DNA from: Vulcanimicrobiota bacterium | GTDB lineage: Bacteria > Vulcanimicrobiota > Vulcanimicrobiia > Vulcanimicrobiales > Vulcanimicrobiaceae | Assembly (NCBI GenBank): GCA_963820825.1 | Contig: CAWGBN010000008.1 | Span: 128,001 to 192,000, forward strand | DNA length: 64,000 bases | Reading direction: 5' to 3' | Shown here: piece by piece, positions 10,391-19,807 of the stretch | Layout of the letters: every line of letters begins with the position of its first letter | Position numbering within the stretch: the stretch's first letter is position 1 | The notes under the pieces: model-generated | Databases searched by the model: none | The model's input: the letters and a program-made list of their open reading frames with translations, nothing else | Told to the model about the DNA's origin: nothing | Program-made: the position numbers and the translations under genes

Positions 10391-10634
10391 TTGTTCAGGT
10401 CTCCTTGACCCTTGAGGAATCCCACCTCCGGACTTCGTCGGCTGGCGGCTGCGGTGCAGACACGTCCCCGACCTATCGGCGAGCTCTTGCCGGCGCTTTT
10501 GACGGTGCACGGGCGACTTGCCGCGATGGCGCGAAAGGGCGCGCCCTCCCCAAAACCGTGCCCTCGGCTGCGCCCTTCCCGGGCCTCGCTGAGGACGTCG
10601 CGCCTGCGGCCCTCGGACCACAAACGCAGAGGGA

Positions 10635-10663
10635 ATCATACCCCCTCACCCCCCCGCTGTAAA
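10635..10663 (-). promoter_or_regulatory. Sigma70-type promoter for speD
   Basis: TTTACA (10663..10658), 17-nt spacer, TATGAT (10640..10635). Confidence 0.7.
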
Positions 10664-10727
10664 GCCCTTCCCCACAGCTTGCCCACAGGCGGCACCTCCG
10701 TGAAAGTGAAGCTCTTACTTTACTATC

Positions 10728-10757
10728 TTGACTATATCCCGTTGCGGGGCGTACGCT
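10728..10757 (+). promoter_or_regulatory. Putative sufB promoter
   Basis: TTGACT, 18-nt spacer, TACGCT, ~10 nt before the ATG; no clear SD, so the mRNA may be near-leaderless. Confidence 0.45.
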
Positions 10758-10767
10758 GAGTCTTGCC

Positions 10768-12192
10768 ATGGCATTGAAGCTCGAAGCCCCCGTCAAGCCC
10801 GCGGCACTCGTCGAAGAGTACCGGCACGGCTTTCACGACCCCGAAAACTACGTCTTTAAGTCCGACAAAGGCCTGACGCGAGAGATCGTCGAGCGCATCA
10901 GCGCGATGAAGGACGAGCCCGAGTGGATGCGCGAGTTTCGGCTCAAAGCATACGACCTCTTCATTCGTAAGCCGATGCCGACGTGGGGCGACACCGCCCT
11001 GCTCAGCGAGATCGACTTCGCTGACATCCACTACTTCGTCAAGTCGACCGACCAGACGGAACGCTCCTGGGACGACGTGCCGGAGGATATCAAGCGGACC
11101 TTCGATCGCCTGGGCATCCCGGAGGCCGAACGCAAGTTCCTGTCCGGGGTCTCCGCGCAGTACGAGTCGGAAGTCGTCTATCACAGTACGACCAAGGCAC
11201 TCGACGAGCAGGGCGTGCTCTTCTGCGACATGGACACCGCGGTCAAGCAGTATCCCGATATCGTCCGCAAGTATCTCGCGACGGTGATTCCGCCGGGCGA
11301 CAACAAGTTTGCGGCGCTCAACTCGGCAGTCTGGTCGGGGGGATCGTTCATTTACGTACCACCGGGCGTGACGGTCGCGATGCCGCTCCAGGCCTACTTC
11401 CGGATCAACGCGGAGAACATGGGTCAGTTCGAGCGCACGCTGATCATCGCCGATAAGGGTGCGAAGGTGCATTACATCGAGGGCTGCACCGCGCCGAAGT
11501 TTTCGACGTCGTCGCTGCATTCGGCCGTCGTCGAGCTGATTGCAATGGACGGCGCCTCGATTCGCTACACGACGATTCAGAACTGGTACCGCAACATCTT
11601 CAACCTCGTAACGAAGCGCGCGATCGCGCATGCGAATGCAACGGTCGAGTGGGTCGACGGAAACATCGGCTCGCGGCTGACGATGAAGTATCCCGCGATC
11701 TACCTCATGGGCGAGGGCGCGCGCGGTGAGATTCTCTCGATGGCCTTCGCCGGCGAGGGACAGCATCAGGACGCGGGGGCCAAAGTCATCCACGTCGCGC
11801 CGCGCACGACCTCAATGGTAACGAACAAGAGCGTCAGCGCGCACGGCGGCAAGACGACCTATCGCGGTTTGGTCGAGGTGCACGCGGGCGCGGTCGGCGC
11901 GAAGACGCGCGTACGCTGCGACGCGCTGATCATGGACGAGCAATCGTCGAGCGATACCAAACCGACGATGAAGATCCACGAGCAGCGCTCGACGGTCGAG
12001 CACGAAGCGAGCGTGAGCAAAATCGGTGAAGAGCAACTCTTCTACGCGATGTCGCGCGGTCTCTCGGAGGCCGACGCGACCGCGATGATCGTCAACGGCT
12101 TCTTTGACTTCTTCGTCAAGGAGCTCCCGATGGAGTATGCCGTCGAGCTCAACCGGCTCGTCAAGATGGAGATGGAAGGCGCCGTCGGCTAG
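10768..12192 (+). CDS. sufB: Fe-S cluster assembly protein SufB
   Basis: [65 protein letters not shown]. Confidence 0.97.
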   Translation: MALKLEAPVKPAALVEEYRHGFHDPENYVFKSDKGLTREIVERISAMKDEPEWMREFRLKAYDLFIRKPMPTWGDTALLSEIDFADIHYFVKSTDQTERSWDDVPEDIKRTFDRLGIPEAERKFLSGVSAQYESEVVYHSTTKALDEQGVLFCDMDTAVKQYPDIVRKYLATVIPPGDNKFAALNSAVWSGGSFIYVPPGVTVAMPLQAYFRINAENMGQFERTLIIADKGAKVHYIEGCTAPKFSTSSLHSAVVELIAMDGASIRYTTIQNWYRNIFNLVTKRAIAHANATVEWVDGNIGSRLTMKYPAIYLMGEGARGEILSMAFAGEGQHQDAGAKVIHVAPRTTSMVTNKSVSAHGGKTTYRGLVEVHAGAVGAKTRVRCDALIMDEQSSSDTKPTMKIHEQRSTVEHEASVSKIGEEQLFYAMSRGLSEADATAMIVNGFFDFFVKELPMEYAVELNRLVKMEMEGAVG

Positions 12193-12207
12193 AATACCCC
12201 GATCGGA

Positions 12208-13434
12208 ATGACGCCCATAGCCGTACGCGTTGCTCCGGTCGCCGCGATCGCCGCCCTCCTCGCAGGCTGTGGCGGCGGCTCCCAATCGTCGCTTCCAAAA
12301 ACGCCCGCGCAGCCGGCTTATGCAAAGCCGGGCCACGCGGTCGAAAGCGTGCTCTACTCGTTTACCGGTGGACCCGACGGCGGCGGCCCTAATGGCAGCA
12401 TCGTCTTCGACGGCGCCGGCAATGCCTACGGCACCACGCATTTCGGCGGCATTAAGACCTGCGGGGGACAAGTCGGCGGCGGCTGCGGCGTCGTCTTCGA
12501 GCTTTCGCCAAAGAAGAGCGGCGGCTGGACCGAATCGCCGCTCTACGCCTTTGCCGACGGCGGCGACGGCGGCTTCCCCAACGCGGGCGTCATCTTCGAC
12601 AAGAGCGGGGACATTCTCGGCACGGCGAGCACCGGCGGAAACACCCAATGCTCGATCGGCTGCGGCGTCGTCTACGAGTTGAGCAAGAGCAGCGGATGGG
12701 CAGAAAGCGTCTTGCATGCATTTACGGGTGCCGACGGCGAGCTTCCCAACGCCGTGCTGCTGGCCGGAACGGGCGGTGCGCTCTACAGCACGACGTGGTT
12801 CGGCGGCAGCAGCGGCAACGGAACCGTCTTCGCGCTGACGCCCGCGGGCAGCACGTGGACCGAACGCATCTTATACAGCTTCAAAGGGACGACCGATGGG
12901 AGCGCTCCGGCAGGCGGCGTCGCGTACGAGCTGCGAGGATCGGGCGGTTCGTGGAAAGATCGCGTTCTCTACACCTTTACGAACAACGGCGGAGGCGAAG
13001 ATCCGTACGCGGGACTCCTCGCGTCGGGCAAAGGAAAGTTTTACGGCACGACGATCGAGGGCGGTTCGACCGGTAGCGGCGTCGCCTTCGAACTCGTCTC
13101 CGGTTCGAAACGGCACTGGACGGAGAAGGTTCTGCACACGTTCGGAGGTGCGGACGACGGGAGCGCACCCTACGGAGGTCTGGTCGCCGATTCGTCGGGC
13201 CACCTCTTCGGAACGACGGTATTCGGCGGAAGCGGGAACGCGGGAACCGTTTACGAGCTCGATCGCGGGCGCAACGGAAAATGGAAGGAGCGGGTACTCT
13301 ATTCGTTCGGCGGCGGCAGCGACGGCGCGTATCCCAGCGGCACGTTGACGCTCGATTCGGCTGGAAATCTCTACGGAACCGCAAGCAACGGGGGCGCGAG
13401 CGGAAACGGCGTAATCTTCGAAATTACCCGATAG
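12208..13434 (+). CDS. Lipoprotein with tandem Gly-rich choice-of-anchor/GloVer-like repeats
   Basis: Lipobox LLAGC; seven repeats of ExVLYSF..DG..P...L..D..GNLYGTT..GG..G.G.VFEL. Confidence 0.85.
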   Translation: MTPIAVRVAPVAAIAALLAGCGGGSQSSLPKTPAQPAYAKPGHAVESVLYSFTGGPDGGGPNGSIVFDGAGNAYGTTHFGGIKTCGGQVGGGCGVVFELSPKKSGGWTESPLYAFADGGDGGFPNAGVIFDKSGDILGTASTGGNTQCSIGCGVVYELSKSSGWAESVLHAFTGADGELPNAVLLAGTGGALYSTTWFGGSSGNGTVFALTPAGSTWTERILYSFKGTTDGSAPAGGVAYELRGSGGSWKDRVLYTFTNNGGGEDPYAGLLASGKGKFYGTTIEGGSTGSGVAFELVSGSKRHWTEKVLHTFGGADDGSAPYGGLVADSSGHLFGTTVFGGSGNAGTVYELDRGRNGKWKERVLYSFGGGSDGAYPSGTLTLDSAGNLYGTASNGGASGNGVIFEITR

Positions 13435-13435
13435 C

Positions 13436-14329
13436 GTGTCGCGCGCGATCGTCGTGCTTGGAATGCACCGAAGCGGCACGAGCGTCATCGCTCGCGGAGT
13501 CGCGGCGCTCGGCGCCGATCTCGGCAACGACTTTCTCGACGCGCAGCCCGAGAACCCGACGGGTTATTGGGAAGACCGCGGTATCGTCGAGCTCAACGAG
13601 CGCGTGCTCAAAACGCTAGGGCTCACGTGGGATTCGCTCGAACCGATCGATCCCCGGCGGTTCGGCGGCTGGCGGATGTGGCGGCTGCGCCGCGAGGCGA
13701 GGCGCTACCTGCAGGGCCGGTTTATCGGCAAGCCGCTCTGGGGATTCAAGGATCCCCGCACGACTCGGCTCCTGCCGTTTTGGCTGCGCGTTCTGCACGA
13801 ATGCAACGCCGACGACGCCTACCTTCTCGCGATTCGCAATCCCGGCAGCATCGCCGCGTCACTTCACGCGCGGCAAGGGATGGAGGTCGAAACTGCTCAA
13901 CGCCTGTGGCTCGTCAACGTCGTACCCTTTCTCGGCAATCTCGAGGGCAAGCCGCTCGCCGTCGTCGATTACGATCTGCTCATGCGCGATCCGCGCGGTC
14001 AGCTCGAGCGAATCGCCGGGAGACTCGGGGTGGCGAAGTACGACCCGGCCGAAGTCGAGCGCTTCGCGAACGAGTTTCTCGACGCGAAGCTCCGCCACAC
14101 GCTCTTCTCGCTCGACGAGATCGATACGAGCTCGCAGGCCGGACGCGCGACCCGCGAGGCCTTCGAGCTGCTCTACGATCTCGCATCGGATAAAGCCGAA
14201 CCGGAGAAGCGATTCTGGGCGCAATGGCGCCGAATTAGCGCGTCCTTCGACACGCACGCTCCGCGCGCGGCTCAGGATGACACAGACGTGCATTGGAGAA
14301 ACGGGGTCGGGTGGCGAGACACCGAGTAG
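13436..14329 (+). CDS. Sulfotransferase-family protein
   Basis: PAPS-binding VLGMHRSGTS, NPTGYWED, WGFKDPRT, IRNP. Confidence 0.85.
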   Translation: MSRAIVVLGMHRSGTSVIARGVAALGADLGNDFLDAQPENPTGYWEDRGIVELNERVLKTLGLTWDSLEPIDPRRFGGWRMWRLRREARRYLQGRFIGKPLWGFKDPRTTRLLPFWLRVLHECNADDAYLLAIRNPGSIAASLHARQGMEVETAQRLWLVNVVPFLGNLEGKPLAVVDYDLLMRDPRGQLERIAGRLGVAKYDPAEVERFANEFLDAKLRHTLFSLDEIDTSSQAGRATREAFELLYDLASDKAEPEKRFWAQWRRISASFDTHAPRAAQDDTDVHWRNGVGWRDTE

Positions 14330-14616
14330 CGAAGGCTTCAGAAATTGCGCCGGGGACGACCCGGCGCGTCGTCGTCGATTCGACCGAAATTCTGCTCTGT
14401 AACGTCGACGGAAAGATCTATGCGATCGAAGACGTCTGCACGCACGACGGCGGCCCGCTCGATCAAGGCGAACTGGAAGGCGAACAGGTCGTCTGCCCGC
14501 GGCACGGTGCGACGTTCGACGTTCGCACCGGCGATGCGCTGACGCTGCCCGCCGTTCTGCCCGTCATGACCTTCGAGGTATCGGTCGAGGGCGACGACAT
14601 CTTCGTCGATGTCTAA
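14311..14616 (+). CDS. Rieske [2Fe-2S] ferredoxin (Suf-associated type)
   Basis: CTHD...CPRH motifs; GTG start with GGAG upstream. Confidence 0.9.
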   Translation: MARHRVAKASEIAPGTTRRVVVDSTEILLCNVDGKIYAIEDVCTHDGGPLDQGELEGEQVVCPRHGATFDVRTGDALTLPAVLPVMTFEVSVEGDDIFVDV

Positions 14617-14625
14617 CTCCGCGCC

Positions 14626-16770
14626 GTGAAAATTGCCGGGCGGGTACTCCTCGCGGCGCTCGCAATCGTCGTCGCGGCGGGGGCAGCCTTCGCACTCAAC
14701 GTCGTGCTCGGCATGCACGTTCACGCGCGGGTCGAGGGAACGATTACCGGGACGGGCGTACGCGCGCCGGTCTCGATTCTGCGCGACGACCGCGGCGTTC
14801 CGCACCTCATCGCCCAGAACGAGCGCGATCTCTTCTTCGCCCAGGGATACGTCGAGGGCTCCGACCGGCTCTTCCAAATGGACGTGCTGCGGCGGTTCAT
14901 CTTGGGTCAGCTCGCCGAAGTCTACGGCGCCGGCGCGCTGAAGACCGACGAGCGAGAGCGCGCCGTTCCGGTGAGCGCGATGGTCGCAACGCAGTGGCGA
15001 CGCCTCGACTCTGATTCCCGCGATCTCGTTCAAGCATTCAGCGACGGCGTCAACGCCGCAATCGCGCGCGAGCCGCTCCCGGTCGAGTTCCGGATCCTCG
15101 GATATCGCCCGCGCCCATGGAGCCCCCAAGATTCGCTCTCCGTCGCAATGGTCACCGTGCTCGACCTGATCGACGATTGGAACGCCATCGAATCGCGCAA
15201 CGCGGCGTACGAGAGCGGCGGCCTTCCCCTGCTCGCGGCGCGCTTTCCGTTCACCGATCCGTGCTATGACGCTCCGGTCACGGCGGGACTCACCGGGATG
15301 GCGCCGGGTCCGAGCTGCAAGCGGCACGTGGCGATGCTGCTGCGCGAGATGGCCGACGCGCGTCCGCCGGTCGGCAGCAACGAATGGGCCGCCGGCGCAG
15401 ACCGGGCGCTTCGCCGGCGTGCGCTGCTCGCCAACGATCCGCATCTCGCGCTGCAGATGCCCGGCGTCTGGTACCTCGTCGATCTGCGCGCGCCGGGTTA
15501 TCACGTCGCCGGCGCCGCGTTGCCGGGCTGTCCGACCGTCGTGCTCGGCCACGACGAATCGGTTGCGTGGGGCGCGACCGATGGAACCGTCACCTCGCTC
15601 GCGGTCTTCCGTCCACCCGCCCGGCTCGATCGCAGCGCCTGGCAGACGGAGAGCTTTGCAGTGCGCTTTCACGGCGCCGTAACCAAGCAATACTATCGAA
15701 CGCCGCGCGAATTCGGCATCACCACGACGCACGGCGATTTCGTGCTCGTCCACTGGAGCGCGTACGACGACCCCGTCTCGCCGCTGACAACCTTCGTCAA
15801 TCTCGATCGCGCGCGATCGATCGAAGATGCGACGGCCGCGCTCGCCAAGTTTCCCGGTCCGACCCAAAACTTCGTGCTCGCCGACACGAGCGGCCGCGTC
15901 GCGTATCACCTCGCCGGGGAGATCCCCGACGATCCCGTTCGCGGGCGCTGGGTTCACCCCGCAACCGATTTGAGTCAACGCTACTCGCCGATCCCATTCG
16001 CGCGTCTGCCCCGCGTAGCGCCGTCGCGCGGCGCGGTGGTTTGGACCGCCAACAACAAAATGTACGGTGACGGTTATCCATTTCCGTTGAGCGCGCAGTT
16101 CGCGCCGCCCTATCGTGCCTATCGCATCGCCCAATTACTCCGCGCGCGGCGAACGTACGACGTCGATTACTTTGCCGGTATGCAGATGGACGCACTCTCG
16201 CTTCCCGAACGCGAGTTGGCCCGCGACCTCGCGCCGGCGTTGCAGCGCAGCAACCCGGCCGCCGCGGATGCGTTGACGCGCTGGAACGGCGTCATGTCGG
16301 GCGATTCAACGACCGCGACGGTCGTCGAGGGGCTGCGACTGCAGCTGACCGATCGTCACACCGGCCGGGTGCCGACGCTGCTCACCGCCGGGATAACCGG
16401 AGATGCGATTCGCGCGATCGCGCCGCCGTCGCCGGCGCCGTGGGGGGTTGCCGGCTCGGTACCGGTGCTCCACGCTCTCGCGTCATTGGGCATCGGCTTC
16501 CTCGACGGCACGACCCTCCCCGGATACGGGGATCAGCTCACGCTGCACGTGCAGTATCCGGGATATTCGCAGAGTTTCCGCGCGGTTTGGGACGTCGGGA
16601 ACTGGGACGCCGGCGGCATTACGCTTCCGCAGGGTGAGTCGGGTCAACCGGGATCGGGTCACTATACCGATCAGGCCGCGGCGTGGATCGCCGGACGCCT
16701 CTGGCCGTTGCCGTTCAGCGACGCGGCGGTGCAGGCCACGGCGACGCAGCGGCTGACGCTGCTTCCGTAG
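14626..16770 (+). CDS. Penicillin acylase family (S45) Ntn-hydrolase
   Basis: RDDRGVPHL, AQGYV..SDRLFQMD, nucleophile GSNEW, LANDPHL, PQGESG. Confidence 0.9.
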   Translation: MKIAGRVLLAALAIVVAAGAAFALNVVLGMHVHARVEGTITGTGVRAPVSILRDDRGVPHLIAQNERDLFFAQGYVEGSDRLFQMDVLRRFILGQLAEVYGAGALKTDERERAVPVSAMVATQWRRLDSDSRDLVQAFSDGVNAAIAREPLPVEFRILGYRPRPWSPQDSLSVAMVTVLDLIDDWNAIESRNAAYESGGLPLLAARFPFTDPCYDAPVTAGLTGMAPGPSCKRHVAMLLREMADARPPVGSNEWAAGADRALRRRALLANDPHLALQMPGVWYLVDLRAPGYHVAGAALPGCPTVVLGHDESVAWGATDGTVTSLAVFRPPARLDRSAWQTESFAVRFHGAVTKQYYRTPREFGITTTHGDFVLVHWSAYDDPVSPLTTFVNLDRARSIEDATAALAKFPGPTQNFVLADTSGRVAYHLAGEIPDDPVRGRWVHPATDLSQRYSPIPFARLPRVAPSRGAVVWTANNKMYGDGYPFPLSAQFAPPYRAYRIAQLLRARRTYDVDYFAGMQMDALSLPERELARDLAPALQRSNPAAADALTRWNGVMSGDSTTATVVEGLRLQLTDRHTGRVPTLLTAGITGDAIRAIAPPSPAPWGVAGSVPVLHALASLGIGFLDGTTLPGYGDQLTLHVQYPGYSQSFRAVWDVGNWDAGGITLPQGESGQPGSGHYTDQAAAWIAGRLWPLPFSDAAVQATATQRLTLLP

Positions 16771-16779
16771 AGCAACGGG

Positions 16780-17196
16780 TTGCACGTTCGACCCGCGCAA
16801 GCCGGCGATGCCGCACCGATTGCGCGGCTGATGCATCAGCTGGGCTACGACGTGGCAGCGGATTCAATCGAAGATCGGCTGCGCCGGCGCGACTCGCGCG
16901 AAATTTTCGTCGCCGTCCGAGACCAACGCGTTATCGGTTGGGCCGCCGTCTGCGTGGAGGAGACGTTCGTCGATGGCTTGGGCGCACACCTCGACGGGCT
17001 CGTCGTCGACGAAGCGGTCCGCAGCTCGGGTATCGGCGCGAGATTACTCGAAGCGGCCGAGGCGTGGGCGCGTGCTCGCGGCTGCGCCGAGATGCGCGTG
17101 CATTCCAACGTCGTTCGGCAGCGAGCTCATGAATTTTACCGCCGTCACGGCTACGTGACGATCAAAACGCAGTCGAACTTCCGTAAGCCGCTCTAG
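16780..17196 (+). CDS. GNAT acetyltransferase
   Basis: LVVDEAVRSSGIGARLL, AHEFYRRHGY. Confidence 0.85.
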   Translation: MHVRPAQAGDAAPIARLMHQLGYDVAADSIEDRLRRRDSREIFVAVRDQRVIGWAAVCVEETFVDGLGAHLDGLVVDEAVRSSGIGARLLEAAEAWARARGCAEMRVHSNVVRQRAHEFYRRHGYVTIKTQSNFRKPL

Positions 17197-18211
17197 CGCG
17201 ACTCTTCGGCGGCACGCTGACGGTTACGCCCGTGACCTCCGCGTGGCCCTTGCCGATAAAGCCGGTAATGGTGCGAACCGGGTAGCCTCCTGCCGGGTAC
17301 TTCCAGAAGAGAATATTCGTCGAACGCGCGCGCGAGTTTCCGGTCGGGACGATAATCTTGTCGCGATAGATCCACGATTGCGTCGAACGCGGCCCAACGC
17401 CGTAGAGCTCCGTCGTACCGACAACGGTGGCGGTCGAGCCCGTGACCTGCACCTGCTCGATCGCGGGATGAATCGTCGTCGTGACGGCAATGTACTGGCC
17501 GTCCCACTGAATCTGTCCGGCGAACTGAATGTTTTGGTCGACGGTAATGTTTTGCAAGGCGTTGCCGCCGGCGGGGAGCTCGGCGAGTCCAAACTGCGAG
17601 CTCGCGTAACCGTCGACGAAAAGATTGCCGCTGTTGTCGTACGCGCAGTAGAGGAGCGACGGCATCGTGCTGTCGGAGTAGCTCTGCGGAAGCATACCGG
17701 GCGTCGTCAAGACGACGACCGATTCACCGCATCCGGTGAGGCAGAAGACGACCGCGGCGAGATCGCCGGTCACCGGGTCGATCGAACAAGAATACGCGGT
17801 GCCGGGAACCGCGTACGAAGCGATCGGCGTCGTTCCGCCGTGCGCGAATTCGACGATGCTGTTGACCCCGGTGAAAAAGACGTCGCCGTTCTCGTCCGAA
17901 CAGGTACCGAGGGCCGTCTGCGTGATGTTTCCGATGAGCTTGCCGTCGGTCGTAAAGACGAACGACCGCTGGTCGCCGCCGGCATAGATCAGCGTGCGCC
18001 CCGAGGCTGCAGGATCGATCCGCGACGAGTGCTTACCGGAAGGCGAGCGTTGCATCGCGCCCGGCGAGCCGCCGGTCTGCGCGCGCAGCATACCGCCCGG
18101 TGCGGCCGGTGACGGTACTGCGCTCTGGCCTTGCGAGCCGCCGCACGCCGTGAGCACCGCGACGATGGCACCGAATCCAATAAAACGGCGGGTTAGGCTA
18201 AGAAGTCTCAC
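17162..18211 (-). CDS. Secreted beta-propeller lipoprotein
   Basis: GTG start after GAGGAAGGGAG; lipobox VLTAC; CSIDPVTGDLAA, CAYDNSGNLFVDG, QWDGQYIAV. Confidence 0.8.
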   Translation of the reverse strand: MRLLSLTRRFIGFGAIVAVLTACGGSQGQSAVPSPAAPGGMLRAQTGGSPGAMQRSPSGKHSSRIDPAASGRTLIYAGGDQRSFVFTTDGKLIGNITQTALGTCSDENGDVFFTGVNSIVEFAHGGTTPIASYAVPGTAYSCSIDPVTGDLAAVVFCLTGCGESVVVLTTPGMLPQSYSDSTMPSLLYCAYDNSGNLFVDGYASSQFGLAELPAGGNALQNITVDQNIQFAGQIQWDGQYIAVTTTIHPAIEQVQVTGSTATVVGTTELYGVGPRSTQSWIYRDKIIVPTGNSRARSTNILFWKYPAGGYPVRTITGFIGKGHAEVTGVTVSVPPKSRARAAYGSSTAF

Positions 18212-18313
18212 GCACTCGCTCCCTTCCTCGTTGCGTTTCCAACGCACCTGCACGCGCTCGCTCGCACTGCTCTCCGACATGGCTTGGCGCATCCGGCTCG
18301 AAAAGAGCTCGTC

Positions 18314-18793
18314 ATGGCGGTAGCCATACGCCGAGCGCGCAGCGACTCCGATTTTCGTCAGCTCCACGAACTCTTCGTTGCCTATGAAGCCGGCTTACCG
18401 CCACCGCTTCGGCATGGCTGCGTTCCCAACATGCTCGCGATTGGCGAAACGTTTTCGTCGCCGAATGCCGCATTCATCGCCGTGCACGATCGCGTCGCGA
18501 TCGGCTGCGCCGCGGTCAAGGGAGCGCCGGAGGACCGAAATCGGGCAACGGCCGTCCTGCTGCGTCTCTTCGTGCGCCCGGAGAGCCGTCGGCTCGGTGC
18601 GGCGCGATTGCTCGTCGGCGCGGCGATCGCGTTTGCGCGGGAAGCCGGATTCGAACGGCTCGTCCTCGACACCGAAAAGCGGCAGCTCGAAGCGGCCTAC
18701 CGGCTTTATCGATCGCTCGGCTTCGAGGAGTGCGAACCGTACGCGGAGGTCACGTACGAGTCAGCGACGTTCATGGAGCTCGCGCTGCGTTAA
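18314..18793 (+). CDS. GNAT acetyltransferase
   Basis: RLFVRPESRRLGAARLL, LVLDT, AYRLYRSLGF. Confidence 0.85.
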   Translation: MAVAIRRARSDSDFRQLHELFVAYEAGLPPPLRHGCVPNMLAIGETFSSPNAAFIAVHDRVAIGCAAVKGAPEDRNRATAVLLRLFVRPESRRLGAARLLVGAAIAFAREAGFERLVLDTEKRQLEAAYRLYRSLGFEECEPYAEVTYESATFMELALR

Positions 18794-18799
18794 ATTCTT

Positions 18800-18871
18800 A
18801 GCCGACGATCGGATTTGAACCGATAACCTATCGCTTACGAAGCGATTGCTCTACCGTTGAGCTACGTCGGC
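18800..18871 (-). tRNA. tRNA-Thr (anticodon CGU); CCA not encoded
   Basis: Cloverleaf: acceptor GCCGACG/CGTCGGC, D-arm GCTC-AACGGTA-GAGC, anticodon arm ATCGC-TTCGTAA-GCGAT, T-arm ATCGG-TTCAAAT-CCGAT. Confidence 0.95.
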
Positions 18872-18962
18872 CTTCGCGCCGCGAGCGCGCGAGCGCCCCG
18901 GGCCGCCGCTCTTTCCACGACTCCGGCGGTGCCCCTTCCGCGGGACCGGGGCGTTGCGGCCG

Positions 18963-19223
18963 CTAGGCGTTGCCGGTCTCCGTGTCGTGGAACGTGCCGC
19001 GCCGCGCACGTTCGTCGAGCTCGAGATCCTCGAGAAAGTAATAGACGATCTTGCGGTCGTCGAATCCGACCTTGGCGAGACTGCGCCCGCCGATCTCCAC
19101 CACCTCGTGCACGTGCCCGATGCGCCCGGCATACTCGTAGTTGACGGCGGTATACGACGGATCGCCGGGCTTCGGGCGCGGCGTCGCCTTGACGCCGCGC
19201 AGCGGCGTTCGGTGCCGGTGCAT
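18963..19223 (-). CDS. Small hypothetical protein (SH3/KOW-like pattern)
   Basis: YAGRIGHVHEVVEIGGRSLAKVGFDDRKIVYYFLEDL; fills the gap between the tRNA and gamma-CA genes. Confidence 0.6.
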   Translation of the reverse strand: MHRHRTPLRGVKATPRPKPGDPSYTAVNYEYAGRIGHVHEVVEIGGRSLAKVGFDDRKIVYYFLEDLELDERARRGTFHDTETGNA

Positions 19224-19264
19224 ACCGGCGAGGTTCGACGGCGCGGCTTGCGAAGCATCGCAGC

Positions 19265-19807
19265 ATGATCATCGAATATCGAGGCAAGCGGCCAAAGATC
19301 GATCCATCCGCGTTCGTCGCTCCCAATGCCGTGATCGTCGGCGACGTCGAGGTTGGTCCCGAGTCGAGCATTTGGTTCGGCGCGGTGCTGCGCGGCGATA
19401 ACGGACCGATCCGCATCGGCGCGCGCACGTCGATTCAGGACAATGCGGTAGTGCACGTGAGCGAGGGCGGCGCGACGCTCGTCGCCGACGATGTGACCGT
19501 CGGTCACTGCGCGGTGATGGAAGACTGCACGATCGAGCGTTACGCGCTCATCGGCAGCAACGCGACGCTACTCAATGCATCGACCATCGGCGAAGGTGCT
19601 TTGATCGGAGCCGGCAGCGTCGTCGGGCAGGGTGTCGTCATTCCACCGCGCGTCGTCGCGGCGGGGGCGCCCGCGACCGTTAGAAAGGCCCTCGAAGGCG
19701 AAGCCGCTTCGTGGATCGAGATCTCCGCCGGCGAGTACGTCAAACTCTCGCGCACGTACCTGGCGCAGAGCATCGGTGTCGTCGAGAACCAGGACGTTAC
19801 GATCTAA
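19265..19807 (+). CDS. Gamma carbonic anhydrase-family hexapeptide-repeat protein
   Basis: IWFGAVLRGD, SIQDNAVVH, VTVGH, hexapeptide repeats. Confidence 0.9.
   Translation: MIIEYRGKRPKIDPSAFVAPNAVIVGDVEVGPESSIWFGAVLRGDNGPIRIGARTSIQDNAVVHVSEGGATLVADDVTVGHCAVMEDCTIERYALIGSNATLLNASTIGEGALIGAGSVVGQGVVIPPRVVAAGAPATVRKALEGEAASWIEISAGEYVKLSRTYLAQSIGVVENQDVTI

Noticed and set aside
9974..10639. 221-aa N-terminally extended SpeD
   Set aside because: Its ATG lies inside the -10 element; homology begins at TTG 10390, which has a good RBS.
18800..18871. tRNA-anchored genomic island
   Set aside because: No integrase, and no duplicated tRNA 3' end was noticed in the window.
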